Positions 58,201 through 64,000 of a DNA stretch of 64,000 nucleotides are shown here, in pieces. Below the pieces are notes generated by a model. That model had not been told where the DNA came from and did no database searches. It worked only from the letters and a program-made list of their open reading frames with translations. Both the position numbers and the translations under genes were made by a program. Source of the stretch: a virus; IMG/VR virus record IMGVR_UViG_3300035670_000025. The stretch is one strand, 5' to 3'. How positions within the stretch are numbered: position 1 is the first letter of the stretch; each line of letters opens with the position of its first letter.

Positions 58201-58728
58201 ATGAGAAAAAGAAATTATGTGAATAACAAAAGATTGTATGAAGTGATTTGCGAATATAAAATTGAATGCAATCAAAACAAACTTATGAACAAAGAATCTC
58301 CTCCAATTCCTTCATATATTGGAGAAGCAATATTATTGATTGCAACTAATCTGGCAAACAAGTCCAGTTTCTTTGCTTATTCATATAAAGATGAAATGAT
58401 TTCTGATGGTGTGGAAAATTGTTTGCTATATCTTCATAATTTTAATCCAGATAAAACAAACAACCCATTTGCATATTTTACACAAATAATTAAATTTGCC
58501 TTTATTAGAAGGATTGACAAAGAGAAGAAACAACAATATATAAAAATTAAAAATATGAAATCGTTGATGCTTGAAGATGTTGGAGATGATTTGTATAATT
58601 ATGCTCAACAAGATTCTGTATTCAATGAAGTATCGGATGAATTTGTCAGACAGTATGAAAATAAGTTGACAGAGAAAAAGAAAATTGCTAAGGTCAGTTC
58701 TAATACAATTCAACAATTTTTTGAATGA
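58201..58728 (+). CDS. gp55: Late transcription sigma factor gp55
   Basis: NYVNN; YIGE...IA..L....F..YSYKDEMISDGVENC; NPFAYFTQI...AF.RRI.KEKKQ. Confidence 0.95.
   Translation: MRKRNYVNNKRLYEVICEYKIECNQNKLMNKESPPIPSYIGEAILLIATNLANKSSFFAYSYKDEMISDGVENCLLYLHNFNPDKTNNPFAYFTQIIKFAFIRRIDKEKKQQYIKIKNMKSLMLEDVGDDLYNYAQQDSVFNEVSDEFVRQYENKLTEKKKIAKVSSNTIQQFFE
58666..58694 (+). promoter_or_regulatory. Sigma70-like promoter in the 3' end of gp55, facing gp47/gp46
   Basis: TTGACA-N17-TAAGGT with extended -10 TGn. Confidence 0.45.
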
Positions 58729-58736
58729 GGTTAACT

Positions 58737-58940
58737 ATGTATATGAAAGAAGAAGCAAAAAACAAACTGCCACCTATCATCGTTGAATACATTGAAAAGT
58801 TGTCTGATGATAAGACAAATAAATGGCAAAGAGATATGTATTGTGTGATGCTTGAAAGGATTCAACGTGCCTGTCAAGATGCAATTAATACACATAATAT
58901 GAAAACCTTAAAAGCACCAAAAATTACAACAAAGAAATAA
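58737..58940 (+). CDS. Small hypothetical protein
   Basis: GAGG RBS before ATG 58737 (track start is 58725). Confidence 0.55.
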   Translation: MYMKEEAKNKLPPIIVEYIEKLSDDKTNKWQRDMYCVMLERIQRACQDAINTHNMKTLKAPKITTKK

Positions 58941-58945
58941 ATATT

Positions 58946-60001
58946 ATGTTAATTGCTATTGTTTGTGACACACACTATGGTGCTAGATCAGATTCTACTA
59001 TTCTTCTAGATAACCAAAAACAGTTTTTTGATAACACCTTTTTCCCAACATTAAAGGAAAAGGGTGTGAATACTGTTATTCATTTGGGAGATTTAGTAGA
59101 TAGAAGAAAATATATTAATTTTAATACATCAAAAAGAATGAGAACAGATTTTCTCAATCCGTTGCAAGAATATACTGTTCATATGATTGTTGGAAATCAT
59201 GATGTATTTCATAAAAATACGAACGAAGTAAACGCATTGCAAGAATTGCTGAATAGTTATTCTTTTGATGTTTATACAAACACAACTAAAATTGTGATTG
59301 ATGGTTCTCCTATTCTTTTAGTTCCTTGGATAACAACACAAAATGAATCGCATACAATGCAAATGATTGATGATACAAAAGCACAAATTTGTATGGGTCA
59401 TTTTGAACTTTCAGGATTTGAATTTTATAAAGGTGTTGTATCAGAACATGGTATGTCTCCTGATACTTTAAGTAAATTTGATTTGGTATTTTCGGGACAT
59501 TATCATCAGAAATCATCAAAAGGAAATATTCATTATCTTGGTGCTCCTTATCCAATGACTTGGGCAGATTATGATTGTCCTAGAGGATTTCATTTATTTG
59601 ATACAAATATAAGAGAACTTACTTTCATTGCAAATCCTTATTCTATCTTTACACAAATTAATTATGATGATACAAACTGTAAGACATTAGAGGATATTAT
59701 CCAACAGTTTGTATCATGTAATAATATTACTAACAATTATTGTAAAGTTATTGTTAAGAAAAAGTCAAACCCATATTTGTTTGATCTTTTTATTAATGAG
59801 TTAGAGAAACAATCTCCAAACGAAATAAAAATCATTGAACATAGTATATTAGTTACTGAAGAAACGACTTTTGACCAAGCAGAAGATACAATTTCAATCT
59901 TAAGAAAAACGATTGATGGTCTTGATGTAGAAGTAAATAAACCACAATTACAAGATTTATTTTCTGACTTATATCAGCAAGCAAGCAATATGGAAATTTG
60001 A
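58946..60001 (+). CDS. gp47: Recombination endonuclease subunit gp47 (Mre11/SbcD-like)
   Basis: DTHYGAR; HLGDLVDRRK; GNHD; GHFE; SGHYH. Confidence 0.95.
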   Translation: MLIAIVCDTHYGARSDSTILLDNQKQFFDNTFFPTLKEKGVNTVIHLGDLVDRRKYINFNTSKRMRTDFLNPLQEYTVHMIVGNHDVFHKNTNEVNALQELLNSYSFDVYTNTTKIVIDGSPILLVPWITTQNESHTMQMIDDTKAQICMGHFELSGFEFYKGVVSEHGMSPDTLSKFDLVFSGHYHQKSSKGNIHYLGAPYPMTWADYDCPRGFHLFDTNIRELTFIANPYSIFTQINYDDTNCKTLEDIIQQFVSCNNITNNYCKVIVKKKSNPYLFDLFINELEKQSPNEIKIIEHSILVTEETTFDQAEDTISILRKTIDGLDVEVNKPQLQDLFSDLYQQASNMEI

Positions 60002-60002
60002 T

Positions 60003-60224
60003 ATGTTGACTTTTGAAAAAATCCGATGGCAGAAAAGTATCATAAATACTCATAAAAGAACATTATCTGGGATTGATGGTGGTTATCAATTAGACCACAT
60101 CATATCGATAAAATTTGGATTTGACAATAACATATCTCCTGAGGCATTATCAGAAAAAAGTAATTTGAGAATGTTGCCTTGGAAAAAGAACCTAGAAAGA
60201 AATTGGGTTAAAAATACCTTTTAA
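60003..60224 (+). pseudogene. Chimeric remnant: first 10 codons of gp46 fused to a C-terminal HNH endonuclease fragment
   Basis: MLTFEKIRWQ followed by YQLDHIISI..GF.........NL..LPW..N. Confidence 0.7.
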
Positions 60225-60282
60225 GTTAAAATTATTATGTGGAGGATGTGACCATTCTTATATTTTCTAAAATCCGATGGCA
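60018..60282 (+). repeat. 14-bp direct repeat AAAATCCGATGGCA at 60018-60031 and 60269-60282 flanking the HNH remnant
   Basis: Exact match read from the sequence. Confidence 0.85.
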
Positions 60283-61960
60283 AAATTTTCTGTCTACGGG
60301 AAACATGTTTACGGAAATCCAACTTAATTCTCATAATAATACTTTAATTTGTGGGGTCAATGGTTCTGGAAAAAGTACTTTGATTGATGCGATAACATTT
60401 GTTCTTTTTGGAAAATCGTTTCGTAATATAAACAAACCACAATTAATCAACAGTACAAATTCTAAAAATATGTTGGTAGAAATAGAATTTTCTATCAATG
60501 GAAACAAATACATAGTTCGTCGTGGAATGAAACCAAATATATTTGAAATCTATCAAAACGGAACTTTGATAAATCAATCAGCAGACAGTAAAGATTATCA
60601 ATCAATTTTAGAAAAAACAATTCTTAAAATGAATTATAAATCATTTTGTCAGGTTGTTGTTCTTGGTTCTGCAAACTTTACTCCGTTTATGCTATTACCA
60701 GCAGCACAAAGAAGAGCATTTGTTGAAGATTTGTTGGATATACAAATATTCACAACCATGAATGCTTTGCTTAAAGATAAAACAGCAGAAAACAAGTTTG
60801 AGATCACAGATTGTGATACCAAAATCAAGATTGCAGAAAATACTTTAGAAGTGAATAAAAAGCATAGAGAACGTGCTTCTCGTGATATCATGGAATTAAT
60901 TTCTCAAAAAGAAACATTGATTAAAGAAACTCAATTAGAATTAGATACTCACAATTCTGAGTTCTCTTCCTTGGAAATTAAAAGCAATCAATTACAGTCA
61001 AAAATAAGCAAGAACAGGCAGAAAAATAAGAATGCACTGGATAAGGCATACAATATGAGAACTGCCCTAGAATCTAAATTAAAGGGCAATGAGAAGGGTA
61101 TTGCATTCTATCAGGGAAATGATTCTTGTCCCACCTGTGAACAACATATTACTTCTGATTTTAAAGATAAGAAATTGCTTGATATTTCTACAAAGAAAGA
61201 AGAAAACGAATCTATTCTCAAAGAATTATCAGAAAAGATTTCAAAACTGGAAAAGAATCAAGAGCAAATTATTTCATGGGCAGATGAATTACAACAACTA
61301 AACAAAGAACTTATTGAACTTTCTTCTAAAATTAATTTCTGCATGAAAGTAATTTCTTCATATGAGAAAGATATCAAAGATTTGAACAATAATTCGTTGG
61401 TCGAAATTGATGATACAGAAACTATTAATAAATTGAATTATTTGAAAAAAACAAAAGAACATCTTTTTGCTCAAAGAGAACTATATAATGTTGGTCTCGT
61501 TTTGTTGAAAGATGGTGGAATTAAGGCAAAAATTATCAAACAATATATTCCAGTTATCAATCAGATGATTAACAAGTATTTGGACGATATGGAATTTTTC
61601 TGTCAATTTACTATTGATGAAACCTTTGAAGAAAAGATAAAGTCCAGATATAGGGATGCTTTTACCTTTGAATCTTTTTCTGAAGGAGAAAAAATGAGAT
61701 TGAATCTTGCTATTCTTTTTACATGGAGAGAATTGGCAAGAATGAGAAATTCAGCAGCAACGAATCTTCTAATACTTGATGAAATCATGGATTCTTCTTT
61801 AGATTCATCTGGTACTGAAGAATTCATTAAAATTGTTCAATCGTTAACAAAACGAAATAATGTATTTGTTATTAGTCATAAGACGGATCAAATACAAGAA
61901 CGATTTGAAAATATTATTAGATTTGAAAAGAAAAAGAACTTTTCAAAGATTGTAGAATAG
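60254..61960 (+). CDS. gp46: Recombination ATPase subunit gp46 (Rad50/SbcC-like); probable ATT start
   Basis: NFLSTGN; GVNGSGKST; CPTCEQ zinc hook; FSEGEK; LILDE; GGAGG 8 nt before ATT (track start is GTG 60239). Confidence 0.93.
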   Translation: MLIFSKIRWQNFLSTGNMFTEIQLNSHNNTLICGVNGSGKSTLIDAITFVLFGKSFRNINKPQLINSTNSKNMLVEIEFSINGNKYIVRRGMKPNIFEIYQNGTLINQSADSKDYQSILEKTILKMNYKSFCQVVVLGSANFTPFMLLPAAQRRAFVEDLLDIQIFTTMNALLKDKTAENKFEITDCDTKIKIAENTLEVNKKHRERASRDIMELISQKETLIKETQLELDTHNSEFSSLEIKSNQLQSKISKNRQKNKNALDKAYNMRTALESKLKGNEKGIAFYQGNDSCPTCEQHITSDFKDKKLLDISTKKEENESILKELSEKISKLEKNQEQIISWADELQQLNKELIELSSKINFCMKVISSYEKDIKDLNNNSLVEIDDTETINKLNYLKKTKEHLFAQRELYNVGLVLLKDGGIKAKIIKQYIPVINQMINKYLDDMEFFCQFTIDETFEEKIKSRYRDAFTFESFSEGEKMRLNLAILFTWRELARMRNSAATNLLILDEIMDSSLDSSGTEEFIKIVQSLTKRNNVFVISHKTDQIQERFENIIRFEKKKNFSKIVE

Positions 61961-61968
61961 GAGACCTA

Positions 61969-62385
61969 ATGATAAGAATAGCATTAGCAATAGTATTAGC
62001 ATTTTCAACCCCAACAATAGCAGAACCATATAAAGTATTACGGGTGTTGGATGGGGATACTGTAGAAATAGAAGCAAAATTTTTACCAAAAGAATTGAAA
62101 CAAACTTTGCTTCTCAGAATTTCTGGTATTGATAGTCCAGAAATTGGAGGAAAAGCAAAATGTCCAAATGAAAATAAATTAGCACAAGAAGCAAAATCTT
62201 TTGTTATTACAGAAATTAATAAAGCAAAAGTGGTTGACATAAAACTTATAAAATGGGATAAGTATGGAGGCAGAATAGTTGGAGATGTTTATGTAGATGG
62301 TATTTTGTTGAGTAAGAAATTGATTGCAATGAAACTTGCAGTTTCATATGATGGAAAGAAAAAACCAGATTGGTGTAACAAATAA
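61969..62385 (+). CDS. Staphylococcal-nuclease-like (thermonuclease) with signal peptide
   Basis: RVLDGDT; RI.GIDSPE; DKYGGR; hydrophobic N-terminus. Confidence 0.85.
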   Translation: MIRIALAIVLAFSTPTIAEPYKVLRVLDGDTVEIEAKFLPKELKQTLLLRISGIDSPEIGGKAKCPNENKLAQEAKSFVITEINKAKVVDIKLIKWDKYGGRIVGDVYVDGILLSKKLIAMKLAVSYDGKKKPDWCNK

Positions 62386-62396
62386 GGATTAAAAAA

Positions 62397-62885
62397 ATGC
62401 ATTATCGTATTTTTAGAGACATTTTATTTGCACTAGCATTGACATTTTTAGTTTTTGTTATTTTTACAACAAAACCCGCAAGAGCACAAATAGATTGTTT
62501 TCCAAATTGTTTTTCTTCTGAAACAAGTCAACAAAAACTTGTAAAGGTGAAGCAACAAAAACTTGCAAAAAAGAAAAGAATCAGAACAGTTGCAAGAACA
62601 AGAAATGTAGATTCTTCTGGGTTAGCATCCTATTATTGGCAACCACAAAGAGTTGCTTCAGGAGGATGGTTTAATCCAAATGCATTGACTGCTGCACATA
62701 GAACCTTGCCTTTTGGAACAAGAGTTAGAGTTACAAATGTAAGAAATAATAAGTCTGTAATTGTAACAATCAATGACCGTGGACCTTTTATTAGAGGAAG
62801 AATTATTGACTTATCTCTTGCTGCTGCTAAAGTGATTGCGATGACAAAATCGGGAGTGGTTCCTGTTAAAATTGAAAGGGTATAA
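62397..62885 (+). CDS. RlpA-like lytic transglycosylase (DPBB domain) with N-terminal signal/TM
   Basis: GLASYY; TAAHRTLPFGT.VRVTN; V.INDRGPF; IIDLS..AA. Confidence 0.9.
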   Translation: MHYRIFRDILFALALTFLVFVIFTTKPARAQIDCFPNCFSSETSQQKLVKVKQQKLAKKKRIRTVARTRNVDSSGLASYYWQPQRVASGGWFNPNALTAAHRTLPFGTRVRVTNVRNNKSVIVTINDRGPFIRGRIIDLSLAAAKVIAMTKSGVVPVKIERV

Positions 62886-62886
62886 T

Positions 62887-63123
62887 ATGGATTATGAAAC
62901 AGCAGTGAAAGCAGAAACAATTCTGGAAATGAAAGATAGATTTCTCAAAACTGTTATTGATGTCATGAAAATGCATGGAGACGATAAAACAGGATTGCCA
63001 ATGATTTCTGCTTCAATTGTTATGTTTGTACAAGAATTGGATAGATCAATACATCCAGGATTTTCTTTAATTGTTTCTGAACAACTCATTTCTGATGTAA
63101 GAAAGAGAAAAGATAATGGATAG
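62887..63123 (+). CDS. Hypothetical protein
   Basis: ORF with ATG at 62887 after AAGGG. Confidence 0.5.
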   Translation: MDYETAVKAETILEMKDRFLKTVIDVMKMHGDDKTGLPMISASIVMFVQELDRSIHPGFSLIVSEQLISDVRKRKDNG

Positions 63124-63610
63124 TTTGGTAAGACAATTAGTTCCTAGTACAGATGAAATCTTATTTAAGAAAACGGAGAGATTTGATTTTTCAAATCCTC
63201 CTATTCATCCATCTGAACTGGCACACATTTTAGCACAAACTATGATTGCTAATAATGGAATAGGATTAGCAGCACCTCAAGTGGGTCTACCTTATAGAGC
63301 ATTTGTTATGACAGGTAAACCTATCACGTGTTGTTTTAATCCTATTATTGTTGATATTTCTTCAGAAGAAATATATTTGGAAGAAGGGTGTTTAACTTTT
63401 CCAAATTTGATTGTTAAGGTCAAAAGACCTAAGATGATTAGAGCAAGATATACTAATCCAGACGGGCAAACTGTAACAAATAAATTTATTGGTATGACTG
63501 CAAGAATATTCCAACATGAATTAGATCATTTAAATGGAATTCTATTTACACAAAGAGCAAACAGTTATCATTTAGAACAAGCAAGAAAAAAGAAAGTGAG
63601 GATGAAATAA
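63116..63610 (+). CDS. def: Peptide deformylase
   Basis: GIGLAAPQVG, EGCLT, QHELDHLNG. Confidence 0.93.
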   Translation: MDSLVRQLVPSTDEILFKKTERFDFSNPPIHPSELAHILAQTMIANNGIGLAAPQVGLPYRAFVMTGKPITCCFNPIIVDISSEEIYLEEGCLTFPNLIVKVKRPKMIRARYTNPDGQTVTNKFIGMTARIFQHELDHLNGILFTQRANSYHLEQARKKKVRMK

Positions 63611-63903
63611 TGGTTATGACTACATCATCTCTATACGTTGATCCGATACAACCACAAGTTCAACAAGAACAACCAAAGGTAAAATCTGATGGTGGATCTA
63701 CATCATATTATGAATTACCAGATAGTGCAAAAGAACTGAATGATTTGATTGAATACAAGAATATGAATTTTGCATTGGGAAATATATTCAAGGCATGTTA
63801 TAGATTTGGTGAAAAGGATGGTGCAGAAAAAATATATGACTTGAACAAGATTATATATTTTGCAGAGAGATTGAAGACGATGGTTGAAAAAGGACAAGCA
63901 TAA
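63610..63903 (+). CDS. DUF3310-like small phage protein
   Basis: GG.TSYY....D.IE...MNF..GNIFKA.YR.G.K.....DL.K...FA. Confidence 0.6.
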   Translation: MVMTTSSLYVDPIQPQVQQEQPKVKSDGGSTSYYELPDSAKELNDLIEYKNMNFALGNIFKACYRFGEKDGAEKIYDLNKIIYFAERLKTMVEKGQA

Positions 63904-63945
63904 ATACTATCGTGATTATATCAATGATTAAGGAGAAATAATAAT

Positions 63946-64000
63946 ATGGAAATCAAGATTCCCGTTGCAGAATTAAAGAAGAAAAAGTTATTCCTAGCAG
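63946..64000 (+). CDS. 5' end of a gene truncated by the window edge (MEIKIPVAELKKKKLFLA...), possibly another GT-like protein
   Basis: AAGGAG RBS; CATAAATA at 63899; the N-terminus resembles phage GT-like proteins that continue A.P.Y.G. Confidence 0.4.
   Translation, partial: MEIKIPVAELKKKKLFLA

Noticed and set aside
60003-60032. MLTFEK... start resembling the capsid-targeting tag
   Set aside because: It matches the gp46 N-terminus (KIRWQ) and lacks the F..E ending of the tag.
60032-60282. Possible self-splicing intron in gp46
   Set aside because: No recognisable group I or II core elements; the downstream copy has its own SD and duplicated N-terminal codons, so splicing is unnecessary.
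338-63897. Numerous short minus-strand and off-frame ORFs in the track
   Set aside because: They are shadows of long plus-strand genes with no recognisable motifs; only the three oxygenase genes are accepted on the minus strand.
1-64000. tRNA/rRNA genes or stop-codon reassignment
   Set aside because: No cloverleaf-like or rRNA-like segments seen in the short intergenic gaps; core genes are full length in the standard code and end in TAA, TGA or TAG.

Overview
AT-rich 64-kb segment of a large T4-like myophage genome; no host is identifiable from this window. Genes are almost all on the + strand, in this order: baseplate (gp53, hub, split gp5, PAAR, gp25, gp6, gp7, gp9/10-like, gp8, a 2129-aa VrlC-like protein); a tail-fibre/adhesin region; neck, terminase, tail and head genes (gp13-gp23, gp3); then uvsY, uvsW, gp55, gp47 and gp46; then accessory genes (SNase, RlpA, peptide deformylase). 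Many T4 late promoters (TATAAATA) are visible. The most notable observations are: (1) N-X-S/T sequons concentrate in variable insertion domains of virion proteins, and a glycosyltransferase-like gene sits among the fibre genes, suggesting virion N-glycosylation. (2) A late-promoter-driven enzyme cassette (three PP-loop ATPases, two 2OG-Fe(II) oxygenases, a Rieske oxygenase) lies just after a gp38-like glycine-rich adhesin. (3) At least six small genes carry a T4-type capsid-targeting N-terminus fused to diverse cargo (three ADP-ribosyltransferase-like domains, a GH108 lysozyme, a possible cryptic signal peptide). (4) A 53-bp antisense sigma70-promoter element occurs twice, about 39 kb apart. 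(5) The gp46 5' end was duplicated by a decayed HNH element, and the functional copy probably starts at AUU. All functional calls come from motif recognition and gene order by eye, not from database searches.
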